DNA of 64,000 nt. It comes from Candidatus Kryptoniota bacterium. Lineage in GTDB: Bacteria > Bacteroidota > Ignavibacteria > Kryptoniales > JAKASW01. The stretch covers positions 194,091-258,090 of the forward strand of contig JBJKPC010000076.1 in assembly GCA_046706745.1 (NCBI GenBank), given 5' to 3'. Positions 47,313 through 56,519 of the stretch are shown piece after piece. A program made the translations under genes and the position numbers. The notes under the pieces were generated by a model. That model made no database searches. It was not told the origin of the DNA and worked only from the letters and a program-made list of their open reading frames with translations. The stretch's first letter is position 1. Every line of letters starts with the position of its first letter.

Positions 47313-49328
47313 TCACTTCTTGAAGAACAGCGCCGCGGATGGAATGACTTGCCTCTTCAAGCCCGGGCCCTCGTATTCGACCTTGAGTGCGTCACCTCCT
47401 CCCCCCTGGAAATAATCCACATGAATGGGATGGTAACCTCTAGCGAGTGCGATTCTACCTTCCTTCTCGGTTACAGCGTGCTGATAGTCATTGTTCACGA
47501 CCAGACTGTCGCCCACGTACAGGAGGCTGCCATCGTCCGAGCTTGTGTAGAAAGTATAAACTCCGTCCTCAGGAACTCTCAAGTATCCTGAATATTCGAC
47601 CCCGTAGTCTCGAAGAGCTCTTTTCTCCGGAAGTGCAATCTCCGGCATCACACCCGCTCGCTGAGGAGTTATCGTGCTGAAGTCCGGAACTCTAATCCAG
47701 CTTCCCACATAGTATTTATATGCCACACCGTTGGAAACGTCTTCCACATTCACGGCCGGTTCGGGCATAACTTTTCTGATCGTCTTGCTCGAGATACCGC
47801 TCACCGCAACGCCGTCGCGGAAGTACTGTGCCGACACCTCCGTAGTCCCGGATATTCTGACAGGCTTAGTATATAATGGAGAGGTTGGTGACGGACGGCT
47901 TCCATCAAGTGTGTAATGCACTTCTACTCCTGGAGTAGTACTGACGGCAATATCAGTGGAATTGACAAACGCAATCACCCCCGTACCGATCTCAGGAGGA
48001 TTATAGACGACCGGTTTCGTCGCGTAGTCAAGCTCGACGACGGTGCAGATCTCATCCGGCATAGTTTTCGGGACATCCACGACCAACGCATCTCCCTCTT
48101 TCTCGACATTCAGAGAAGACATCCCCTCGTCGGAAAGAATAAATGCACGTTCAGGCTTGTTGAAAAGACCGTGAACGACAAGCTTTCCGTCTGACGGCCA
48201 GTCGAAGACTTCCAGGAATAGTTTCCCGGTTTTCTGCGTGCAGCGGCCCCAAGCGAGCTGAGTGGTAAAAGGACTCGCGGTGGTACCGTAAATGGCGGGA
48301 CCGTTTGTCTTGAGCCACGTTCCGATAGTATCGAGACGGTCGGCCTCAGGTTTCGGAATAATGCCTTGCGCGGTCGGGCCGACGTTCAGGAGGTAGTTAC
48401 CTCCCTTGCTCACAATGTCGATGAGATTGCGGAGGAGAGTCTTCGAAGATTTGAAATCATGGTCGGCTGCATTGTATCCCCAGTCGTTGTTGATGGTCAT
48501 GCAGGTCTCCCAATAATGTCCGGGGAACCCGTTCGGCGGAATGTACTGCTCGGGAGTCTCGTAATCTCCGGCGCCCGTAAGTCTGTTGTTGATTATGAGT
48601 TTCGGATCGAGCTTGCGAAGATAGTCGTAGATATCTTTGCCGTCTTTAGGGGTCCATCCTTCCATCCACCCGCCGTCGAACCACATAACCTGAGGATGGT
48701 ACTGGGTAACCAGTTCTTTGAGCTGGGTCTTCATGTACCTGATGTAATCGCCCTTCTTACCCGGCTTGAAATGAGTGGGGTTATAAGTCGGATGTTCAGG
48801 GTTTGGGTCGCTGGCAACTTGGTAGGGGCTGTGCCAGTCCATTATGGAATAATATGTTCCGAAATGGACACCGTATTTCCGGCATGCCTCACTCAAGGCT
48901 TTGAGCGGATCCAGGTGCCATGGAGTGGCCTTCACGACGTTGTAGTTCGTAGCCTTCGTATTGAACATGCAGAAGCCGTCATGATGCTTCGATGTGATCA
49001 CCAGATATTTCATCCCTGCATTTTTTGCGAGCTTGACCCATCTGTCCGCATTGAACTCCGTCGGATCGAATTCCTTTGCGTACTTTTCATACACCGCGCG
49101 CGGTACATGACCATTGTTCATATACCACTCAGCATGTGCGGGAACCGCGTAGATGCCCCAGTGAATAAACATTCCAAACTTTGCGTTCGCCCACCATTCC
49201 ATGCGGACGCTGTCCCGGTGGGTTGCCGTTTGCGCGAGCGACGCGCGCATTCCGAGCGGCTGAAGAAGGAGGGCGGTAGCCAGCAATAAGGCTGCAATAA
49301 ATCTTACCGTAAAAATGTTCTTCATCAT
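47313..49328 (-). CDS. GH29 alpha-L-fucosidase with C-terminal PA14 domain
   Basis: FGMFIHWGIYAVPA...YLVITSKHHDGFCMF...MWFDGGW (GH29). C-terminus: GVEYSGYLRVPEDGVYTFYTSSDDGSLLYVGD (PA14). The start was set at MMKNIF after GGAG. Confidence 0.85.
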   Translation of the reverse strand: MMKNIFTVRFIAALLLATALLLQPLGMRASLAQTATHRDSVRMEWWANAKFGMFIHWGIYAVPAHAEWYMNNGHVPRAVYEKYAKEFDPTEFNADRWVKLAKNAGMKYLVITSKHHDGFCMFNTKATNYNVVKATPWHLDPLKALSEACRKYGVHFGTYYSIMDWHSPYQVASDPNPEHPTYNPTHFKPGKKGDYIRYMKTQLKELVTQYHPQVMWFDGGWMEGWTPKDGKDIYDYLRKLDPKLIINNRLTGAGDYETPEQYIPPNGFPGHYWETCMTINNDWGYNAADHDFKSSKTLLRNLIDIVSKGGNYLLNVGPTAQGIIPKPEADRLDTIGTWLKTNGPAIYGTTASPFTTQLAWGRCTQKTGKLFLEVFDWPSDGKLVVHGLFNKPERAFILSDEGMSSLNVEKEGDALVVDVPKTMPDEICTVVELDYATKPVVYNPPEIGTGVIAFVNSTDIAVSTTPGVEVHYTLDGSRPSPTSPLYTKPVRISGTTEVSAQYFRDGVAVSGISSKTIRKVMPEPAVNVEDVSNGVAYKYYVGSWIRVPDFSTITPQRAGVMPEIALPEKRALRDYGVEYSGYLRVPEDGVYTFYTSSDDGSLLYVGDSLVVNNDYQHAVTEKEGRIALARGYHPIHVDYFQGGGGDALKVEYEGPGLKRQVIPSAALFFKK

Positions 49329-49643
49329 TTCTCCCGGATTAGTTGTTTCGATATAGGGCCGGCTTCCTAGTGAATCCAGCACGCGAAGATCCCTGGAAAC
49401 CGGCCGGATTAAATCCGGCTAAATTCTAACGTATCAATGTCTCTTTATCAACTACGGCAGCACACTTAAGAGGGTGTCACAAATTTGATTTTTGAGCCGA
49501 CTGGCTGTAGATTTGCTCTGTCACGGGTTATACCGTTCCACCAACAACCGCCAACACCACCTGTAGTTTGAAACCACCTCGCGTTTCAGCCGCACCTCCA
49601 TTTCCGGGAAAAATCCGTGAAGCGTTTAAGCGAAATTTAAAAA

Positions 49644-50153
49644 ATGGAGGAAACAATGACCGAGAACGCAAATCAGACCACGAACTGCTGCCCTAAATTC
49701 GACACCACCCCATGGGACGAAAAGGCACACCGATGGACCGACAAGCACTTTATCAGGGACACAATCCCGCAGTTTATGCATATTCCCCTGCCCGGCACTA
49801 TCAAGAAAACTATGGGACGGATGTGGAAGATGGCGCAGGACTCACAGGCCGCACCGGAAATCGAGGAGTTTATCGCGATGGCATATGACCCGTCGCCGTG
49901 GAAATCGGAATTCTATATGGCCGTAACCAAAGATGTACCGGGAGCGGATAACGTAAAATTGTCCGGGACATTTCTCACGAAGGTCTTCGACGGTCCCTAC
50001 AACGCCGTTCCGAAATGGCTTAAAGAAATGGAAGGCTATGTCGAGTCGCAGGGAAAAAGAACAAAGAAGTACTATTTCTACTACACTACCTGTCCTAAGT
50101 GCGCGAAGAAGTACGGGCACAACTACGTCGTAGCTTTTGCGGAGGTATTGTAG
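49644..50153 (+). CDS. Conserved hypothetical Cys-containing protein (GyrI-like C-terminal half?)
   Basis: NCCPKFD near the N-terminus, FDGPYNAVPKWLKEMEGYVESQG (GyrI-like pattern), and YYTTCPKCAKKYGHNY at the C-terminus. No confident family assignment. Confidence 0.5.
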   Translation: MEETMTENANQTTNCCPKFDTTPWDEKAHRWTDKHFIRDTIPQFMHIPLPGTIKKTMGRMWKMAQDSQAAPEIEEFIAMAYDPSPWKSEFYMAVTKDVPGADNVKLSGTFLTKVFDGPYNAVPKWLKEMEGYVESQGKRTKKYYFYYTTCPKCAKKYGHNYVVAFAEVL

Positions 50154-50309
50154 TCCCGTACTTTCGGAAGAAAACGCCGGCGCGCGTGCAGAAGCCGTTG
50201 CTCGCCTGTCGCTTCGTTCAGGACGGGTGGAGATGCCGGCAATCGACAAGAAATCCACTTGCAGCCCGACTAGAACCGGGAGATTCTCAACTATTACTGG
50301 AGAGCGCCA

Positions 50310-50891
50310 ATGAATAGAAAAACATTTCTAAGGGTCTGCGGGATTTTCGGAATGGGATCGTACCTCTACCCATACGCAATTGACAAAGCGGCCAGATCGG
50401 TTGAGGACCCTTCCAGAACCACCCCGTGCGAGGAGAAGCAGGAGTTTGCCCAGAAGTGGGTAAAGAGATTATTCGACAACTTCGACGGGAATCTCGATGA
50501 AGCGAAGAGAAAGGAAATAATGGAGGGATGCGGGGAAGCGTGCTTCCAGGGAAGCATCAAAGGTAAACGAATCTCCGCGATGGACATCGACACTTTCATA
50601 AATGCGATAAACAAGAGCACCGGCGAAGTTGCTGCAATGCGCGAGGGCAATATCGTGGACTTCCGTTTCATCGGCGAAGCAAAGGGGCTGAAGACCGAAG
50701 ACAGCCGCTGTCTTTGCCCTCTCGTCGAATCGGGCCCGGAGGGACTCTCGGGAACATATTGCTATTGTTCGCTCGGCTACGTTCGCGAAATGTTTAGGAC
50801 TTATACCGGGAGGGACAATTCAGTCGAGCTTATTGAATCGTTGAAGCGCGGCGGGAAGGCTTGTAGATTCAGAATAATTCTGACGAGTTAG
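50310..50891 (+). CDS. Cys-rich hypothetical protein with N-terminal signal-like segment
   Basis: MNRKTFLRVCGIFGMGS..., then CGEACF, CLCPLV and YCYCSLGY. No confident family assignment. Confidence 0.5.
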   Translation: MNRKTFLRVCGIFGMGSYLYPYAIDKAARSVEDPSRTTPCEEKQEFAQKWVKRLFDNFDGNLDEAKRKEIMEGCGEACFQGSIKGKRISAMDIDTFINAINKSTGEVAAMREGNIVDFRFIGEAKGLKTEDSRCLCPLVESGPEGLSGTYCYCSLGYVREMFRTYTGRDNSVELIESLKRGGKACRFRIILTS

Positions 50892-50988
50892 GATAACTCG
50901 GTGGACGCAGTCGGGCTTAAACGTCTCAAGCCGGCGGTCGTCCTCCTATGGAGAACTTTTGAAGGGAAATTCCTGCGGAGGGTATCTG

Positions 50989-51062
50989 TAGCGGAGGAGG
51001 GATTCGAACCCCCGACACGCGGATTATGATTCCGCTGCTCTAACCGACTGAGCTACTCCGCC
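50989..51062 (-). tRNA. tRNA with CAT anticodon (elongator Met, or Ile2 if lysidine-modified)
   Basis: 74-nt cloverleaf folded by hand: GGCGGAG TA GCTC AGTCGGTTA GAGC A GCGGA ATCATAA TCCGC GTGTC GGGGG TTCGAAT CCCTC CTCCGCT A. The GTTCGAATC T-loop is present. It lacks initiator features (no C1xA72 mismatch; the anticodon stem has only two of the three G:C pairs). CCA is not encoded. Confidence 0.9.
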
Positions 51063-51240
51063 TCGACTGCATAATTTAGCTGATGGAGGGAAAGTTTCCA
51101 AGAAAGCGGGGGTGATCCAGGCGGTGCTCAACTGCAGAAGTTGAATACGGACGAAGTGCGTCAGGATCGGAACGGTAAGAGCCTTTCCTTGACGCACTTC
51201 GCTCGGTTGCTAAACCACAAAAGAGCGAACAAAGGCCGGG

Positions 51241-52002
51241 CTACGCCCGGGTCTTGATCTCGTTGTAGACCCTGATAGCGTTGGTGTGGTACCTGACCCG
51301 GTTAGCGAGAAGCGCGGCGAATCCGGAGTCTCGTGTCTTTCCTTCCAGTACCACCGTCCCCTCGACCGCGATCACGTGGATCGGCGGATTGAACCGCAGC
51401 AAAGAGCCGGGGAACAGGTCGCCGTCGCGGTAAATCAGTCTCACCGCTCTCCATGCAAGACGCCTGTACCGGAAAACATATCTCAGGCGATTTACCACTT
51501 TCTTAACTCCGACCACGCGTTCCGCCTGCCTCTGATACTCCTTGAGGTATTTCATGTTGTGTACCCAGCCCGTCAGCGTCACGATTCCATTATGCGAATT
51601 CACCATCGCCCAATCGAGAACCGTATACGGCACACGTGTTTGGATACGCTGCAGTACTTTAGCCTCGATCAGCGTGTCTGCGACGTTCGGGGAGGATATT
51701 TTCAAATCGTTTACGACGGCATATCCGTGGGCCATTTTGCGCGCCAACTTTGCCGCCTCCTCTTTCTGAAAAAGGGTCCGTACCGTCCCCGACAAGACGA
51801 TGTCCTTCTTCCCTACGACGACACACATGATCTTGTGAGGCAGAATCAGATCCTTCGCAAGACGATATTCCACACGGGTATTCAATGTTCCGGCGGGGTC
51901 ATTCGTTTTGCGGGCGAACGCCGAAGTCGCCCCGGCTCCGACAATGAAAGCGACTGAAACCAAGAGCGCCGTCAGTGACGAGATGAGATTATGGATTCTC
52001 AT
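51241..52002 (-). CDS. BON-domain periplasmic protein (three BON-like repeats)
   Basis: Signal peptide MRIHNLISSLTALLVSVAFIVGAGATSAFA. Repeated pattern ...V..G.V.L.G.V.......A......V.GV..V.N.L. The start was set at ATG 52002 after GGAG. Confidence 0.65.
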   Translation of the reverse strand: MRIHNLISSLTALLVSVAFIVGAGATSAFARKTNDPAGTLNTRVEYRLAKDLILPHKIMCVVVGKKDIVLSGTVRTLFQKEEAAKLARKMAHGYAVVNDLKISSPNVADTLIEAKVLQRIQTRVPYTVLDWAMVNSHNGIVTLTGWVHNMKYLKEYQRQAERVVGVKKVVNRLRYVFRYRRLAWRAVRLIYRDGDLFPGSLLRFNPPIHVIAVEGTVVLEGKTRDSGFAALLANRVRYHTNAIRVYNEIKTRA

Positions 52003-52259
52003 TTTCTTTCTCCAAGATTTGAGTTTTGCCATGTCACCGTGTATTGACAACCGGTGCCACTCCCCGCGGCTTAGTGCCTACTTCATTCGACGCTTGAGGG
52101 CCGAAACAAGTTCCTCGAATGATGGTACACAGCTTCGAGTTGGAGCGAAAATCGAACAATGAAAGGAATTTAATCAGCGAAGGGGGCTGCAAGTGATAGA
52201 GAAACCACCCGGCAGCAGCGGACAATCCGAAGTGCCGGGTGAAGTTGTGACATTATTAC

Positions 52260-52871
52260 TTATTCCAGATATTTCTTGCCGACAATTTTTGCTCCGTCGA
52301 ACTCATAGACGAGAGGCACGCCCGTGGGTATGTTGAGCTCGAGGACCTGCTCCTTCGTCATGTTGTCCAGAAACATCACCAGGGAGCGAAGACTGTTGCC
52401 GTGCGCCACAACGAGCACTTCCTTCCCCGACTTGACGTCGGGCTCGATCTTGAACCTCCAGTACGGAAGAACTCTTGCGGCGGTATCTTTAAGGCTTTCC
52501 CCGTTAGGCGGCGGGACGTCGTAACTTCGGCGCCATATGTGGACCTGTTCGTCGCCGTACTTCTTTGCGGTCTCTGCCTTGTTGAGTCCCTGCAGATCTC
52601 CGTAGTGCCTCTCGTTCAACGCCGTATCGTATTCGACCGGGAGATCCGTCTGCCCGGTCTTCTTAAGGACTATCTTCAACGTGTCGATGGCTCTTATCAG
52701 TTTCGAGCAGTAACCCAAATCGAATCTGTAGTCCTTCAGCTTCTCGCCGGCGGATTCCGCTTCTTTTATTCCGCGTTCGGAAAGGGGGACGTCCGTCCAG
52801 CCTGTAAAACGGTTCTCAAGGTTCCATTGCGATTCGCCGTGGCGAATCAAGACTAACTTAGACATTTGCAC
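52260..52871 (-). CDS. gpmA: 2,3-bisphosphoglycerate-dependent phosphoglycerate mutase
   Basis: [29 protein letters not shown] and [11 protein letters not shown]. Confidence 0.9.
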   Translation of the reverse strand: MQMSKLVLIRHGESQWNLENRFTGWTDVPLSERGIKEAESAGEKLKDYRFDLGYCSKLIRAIDTLKIVLKKTGQTDLPVEYDTALNERHYGDLQGLNKAETAKKYGDEQVHIWRRSYDVPPPNGESLKDTAARVLPYWRFKIEPDVKSGKEVLVVAHGNSLRSLVMFLDNMTKEQVLELNIPTGVPLVYEFDGAKIVGKKYLE

Positions 52872-52901
52872 TCCAGTAACATTTAGATTGTTGTATTGCC
52901 C

Positions 52902-53177
52902 TTATTTAGAAGGTCCCAGAACCACGTCGAAAGCCTCGACATGGATCTCGTTGTCCGATATAAATTTGACTATTCCGTGCTTCGCACGCAAGCCCGACAG
53001 AGCCGTGAGCGACTCATCGATATTTGAATTGGGCCTCACGACCTCCATGAAGAGGCCGGGCTCATCGACTTTTTGCATGATCTTTTCCAAACCGTACGCC
53101 CGTCCTTCTTCGAAGTACGAATCGATTCTTGCCCGGAATTCCGACGGCGAGGAGACACGATAGTACAAGTAAATCAC
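52902..53177 (-). CDS. Small hypothetical protein (91 aa)
   Basis: The ORF packs tightly into the minus-strand operon between the O-methyltransferase and gpmA. No motif recognised. Confidence 0.45.
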   Translation of the reverse strand: MIYLYYRVSSPSEFRARIDSYFEEGRAYGLEKIMQKVDEPGLFMEVVRPNSNIDESLTALSGLRAKHGIVKFISDNEIHVEAFDVVLGPSK

Positions 53178-53187
53178 GTGCCGCTCT

Positions 53188-53811
53188 CTACATTCTGTAC
53201 GCCACAGCTACGCCGTCTCTCACAGGGACGATCGACGCTGCAAAATCTTTTCTTGAAAATAGCCGCCGGTTGAATTCCTTTATTCCTTCGGTGGAAGCGT
53301 CGCCTTTTTTTGCGGTGACTTTCCCCGACCAGAGGACGTTGTCCGCCACGAGAAGTCCTCCCACCTTAATCCTAGGTGCAGCTTTTTCCAGCGCATCCGG
53401 ATAATTCTGTTTTTCGATATCTATAAATACTATGTCGAAAAGCCCATCCACTTCGTCGATAATATCCATTGCATTGCCGACATGGTATTTCACCCGATGC
53501 AGGAGTCCCGCCTCCCTCAGATAGGTCTCCCCTTTTTTCCTGTTTGATTCTTTGCCTTCGGTACAATGGATCTCTCCGCCGTCAACGGCGAGTGCCCACC
53601 AGAAAGCCGAGTATCCATAGCCGGACCCCATCTCGAAGACGCGCCGGGCGTCGATCATTTTCGCAAGCTGGTACAAAAGCTTCCCGACAAGCGGCCCGAC
53701 TATCGGGAAATCCATTTCATCTGCTTCCGCTTCCATCCTGGTAAGGACTTCGCTTCGGACTCCGTAGAGGCCGCCCAGGTAGCTTTCTATTTTCGGGTTC
53801 AATATCTCCAT
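53188..53811 (-). CDS. Class I SAM-dependent O-methyltransferase (caffeoyl-CoA OMT/YrrM-like)
   Basis: VFEMGSGYGYSAFWWA (motif I), FDIVFIDIEKQNYP, GGLLVADNVLWSG. The start was set at MEILNPK (ATG 53811) after GGGAGGAG. Confidence 0.8.
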   Translation of the reverse strand: MEILNPKIESYLGGLYGVRSEVLTRMEAEADEMDFPIVGPLVGKLLYQLAKMIDARRVFEMGSGYGYSAFWWALAVDGGEIHCTEGKESNRKKGETYLREAGLLHRVKYHVGNAMDIIDEVDGLFDIVFIDIEKQNYPDALEKAAPRIKVGGLLVADNVLWSGKVTAKKGDASTEGIKEFNRRLFSRKDFAASIVPVRDGVAVAYRM

Positions 53812-53953
53812 CGAATTCTCCTCCCTTTTGAACGCACGGTCGACTGTGTTCGCTCGGCTCCGGATCAAGGGACCCGGCGGCAGTTCCCACGACAGGGCCG
53901 AAGCCCCATCGGGGCGTAACGCTGCACCGATGTTTGAAGGACATTTCGGCGGT

Positions 53954-55408
53954 CTAGTTGACGATGAACTGCATCTTCTTGAAGTTAACCACCCTGACGG
54001 ATTTCGTAAGGAGGGCTACTCCACCGAACACAACAGCGAATACTAAACACTCAACGATGAACCTGTAATATACATTCCCCAACATAGTCCGGACGCCCAA
54101 CAGAGGTAATACTCCGACCGCGGAAATCAGGAGCAGCTTGAATATTTTCCTCCACGGAAACATCTGTGTAATGTTCGACTTGAGAAGATAGGTAAGCATG
54201 CCGACCAGAACGAAGACCTGGATATAGGTCACTAGTACCTTTCCCACAGCCGCTCCTTCGAGCCCGTAGACACGGAGCAGGAAATAGGAGGCCAAACCGC
54301 TCAAGAACATCTCCGCGACCGAAACGTACATATAAAACTTCTGTTTGCCGAGCGAGAACAGAGCCTGACTGTAGAACGCGAGCCTCAGCGGAAGCATGAG
54401 GAGAAATATCCTGAATATTCCCGCGCTTACTATGTACTTTCGTCCGAAAAAGAATTCCATGAAATCCCCCGCGGCAAAAAGAAGAAAAACCATGAGGGGG
54501 AGGAGAAAGAATCCGGTCTTCGAGATGGAGTTGCGCCAGATCTCCACAAACTTTCCACGCCCTCCTGGAGTATTCAGCTCGCTGAACACCGGAAAAAGGA
54601 TTGCAGATGCCGAACCTGTAATGACGGCGATCATCGGCAGCTCTTTGGAACCGATCGCGTACACGGCAAATTTCTCCGGAGTAAGAAGTAACGACACTAG
54701 ATACCGGTCGACCTGCTTGCTGATGGTTCCGGCTATCGTGCTCACAAAGATCGGAAATGCGTAAAGGAGCTGAGTCTTCATCGCAGGCGAGACGCTTTTC
54801 CCGGTGAACTTCCCGGAGCGAAGCATATACACCACAAGATAGAGTGATTTCAATCCGCCGACGAATGCAATGCAGACGAAAACTATCGTCAGGCTATGAT
54901 AAAGGAATGCCGCGATGAAAATCGATCCCGCGAATAGAACAGCAAGCATCAAATTCCCCGTGAGAAGGAGTCCCACTCTCCGCTCCGTGACGAAAATCGA
55001 TTCGAACATCAGAGAAGGAGAAGCGAGTACGGTGTATACCGCAAAGATACGGATATATGCGGCAAGAGAGGCAGCTCCGAACCATCGTGCTATGAGCGGT
55101 GCAAACAGGGCGAGAGTTATACCGGCAAGAACGCCGACTATCGCAGAAACGGCTACTGCCGAAGAATAGACAGTCTTCTTATCTTCCCTGGCAGAGAAGA
55201 AGTATACCGAACTGCTGAGTCCATACCCGGCGAGGGGAAGAAAAGAATTGTAGACCAGCCAGACCTGCTCGTAGTTACCGTACTCCGAACGGCTGAGTAC
55301 GCGCGTCAGTATCATCGAAGCCGCGAGAAGGCCGAGTATGTTGACGAGCTTGGAAATGCCGACGATACCGGCGTTCTGCGTGAGTGAAAACTCCTCCGTT
55401 CTTTCCAT
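53954..55408 (-). CDS. Polysaccharide/oligosaccharide flippase (MOP/Wzx superfamily)
   Basis: 484 aa with about 12-14 TM helices. N-terminal pattern NAGIVGISKLVNILGLLAASMILTRVLS..EYG is typical of Wzx/MurJ-like exporters. Confidence 0.7.
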   Translation of the reverse strand: MERTEEFSLTQNAGIVGISKLVNILGLLAASMILTRVLSRSEYGNYEQVWLVYNSFLPLAGYGLSSSVYFFSAREDKKTVYSSAVAVSAIVGVLAGITLALFAPLIARWFGAASLAAYIRIFAVYTVLASPSLMFESIFVTERRVGLLLTGNLMLAVLFAGSIFIAAFLYHSLTIVFVCIAFVGGLKSLYLVVYMLRSGKFTGKSVSPAMKTQLLYAFPIFVSTIAGTISKQVDRYLVSLLLTPEKFAVYAIGSKELPMIAVITGSASAILFPVFSELNTPGGRGKFVEIWRNSISKTGFFLLPLMVFLLFAAGDFMEFFFGRKYIVSAGIFRIFLLMLPLRLAFYSQALFSLGKQKFYMYVSVAEMFLSGLASYFLLRVYGLEGAAVGKVLVTYIQVFVLVGMLTYLLKSNITQMFPWRKIFKLLLISAVGVLPLLGVRTMLGNVYYRFIVECLVFAVVFGGVALLTKSVRVVNFKKMQFIVN

Positions 55409-56376
55409 CAGACTCTCTTCACGGCGGAGGCGAGCCTGGCGGCAATTCCGTTAGCACGCCACACTCTGAAATAGATCTCAAGCTTCGGTCCGAAAGACGA
55501 CTTGAAAAGGCTGATGGAGGGTGTATTGGCTCCGACAAAATCGACAAACGCTCGACCCGATTTCTTCTCGGAGTTCAAAATCTCGTTATACAGGAAATGT
55601 GTCGCCCCTTTTTCGGCTTCTGCGTCGGTACCGCCCGCGTACATGTATAAGCCGCGAGCACCGCGGAGAGAGGCAATTCCCGCGACGATGTCTCCGTTGC
55701 GGTTCCTGGCACATTTTTTTTGGAGCAGACCGGCCCGGTCCAGCCTTCCCAGAAGTCCGCCCAATTTTTCCTGAGCCACCGGCGGCTTCCGTCCGTGTCT
55801 GCCGTAGCTCTTCTCTGTGAACGAGAGAAGATCCTCGACCGCACACTCCCCTACCGTGAGTTCTTCGCTCTCGGCCGATTTCAAAACCCTGCGAAGAGAC
55901 CTTGTGTAATTCTCCTCCGTGAATTCCTCCAGGTAAACGACATATGTGTACTGCGGTACTACGTGGGCTCCTGCCCACTGAAAGGCCCTGATGTCCTTCG
56001 TGCCGGGCTGGAAAACCAACTGGTAGAATGCGTATTCCCGATGAAGGAATTCCTCAAACAGCTGAAGAGCCATCAATTTGTCGTATTCCTGCTTCTGACT
56101 CTTTGAATCCCCCAGCGGGCGGAAGTGAACGCCGTCGTAGGCCCTGATCGGCATGAGCTTCACCATCGGTCTGCCGAATCTTGTTCCGACAAACAGTGCA
56201 CATGAAGCTATCGGAGTTTCGTTTCTCAGGATTTGCAGGAACTCGACATTGCGGGAGAATACTTCTTTGTACGCGTCGACTATGGGAGGGAGTGAATAAG
56301 GATCGTCGGGCGGATTATCTGCCAGAAATTTTGCGTGCTCGGCGGAATCTACTCTCTCGACTTTCAGTTCGGCCAT
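55408..56376 (-). CDS. FemAB-like / GNAT-fold acyl(aminoacyl)transferase family protein
   Basis: 322 aa. The two-lobed layout and C-terminal G.THFLYNEIL....G....DFVGAN resemble the FemAB/BioF2-like acetyltransferase families. The stop overlaps the flippase start. Medium-low certainty. Confidence 0.45.
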   Translation of the reverse strand: MAELKVERVDSAEHAKFLADNPPDDPYSLPPIVDAYKEVFSRNVEFLQILRNETPIASCALFVGTRFGRPMVKLMPIRAYDGVHFRPLGDSKSQKQEYDKLMALQLFEEFLHREYAFYQLVFQPGTKDIRAFQWAGAHVVPQYTYVVYLEEFTEENYTRSLRRVLKSAESEELTVGECAVEDLLSFTEKSYGRHGRKPPVAQEKLGGLLGRLDRAGLLQKKCARNRNGDIVAGIASLRGARGLYMYAGGTDAEAEKGATHFLYNEILNSEKKSGRAFVDFVGANTPSISLFKSSFGPKLEIYFRVWRANGIAARLASAVKRV

Positions 56377-56519
56377 CTCAATGATTACGAGTCGTGGATT
56401 TGAAAATCCAAATTACCTGCACACCGAGCCTGGAAAAATAACGGCGGGGATGTCCCATGCAAGCCGTTTTTGAATTTTGAAACGAATTATAACTCCAGCC
56501 CGGAGATCATAATAATCCG

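Noticed and set aside
50989-51062. Initiator tRNA-fMet identity for the CAT-anticodon tRNA
   Set aside because: Positions 1:72 form a G-U pair rather than the C-A mismatch. The anticodon stem has GGA/UCC rather than three consecutive G:C pairs. Elongator Met versus lysidine-modified Ile2 cannot be decided from sequence alone.
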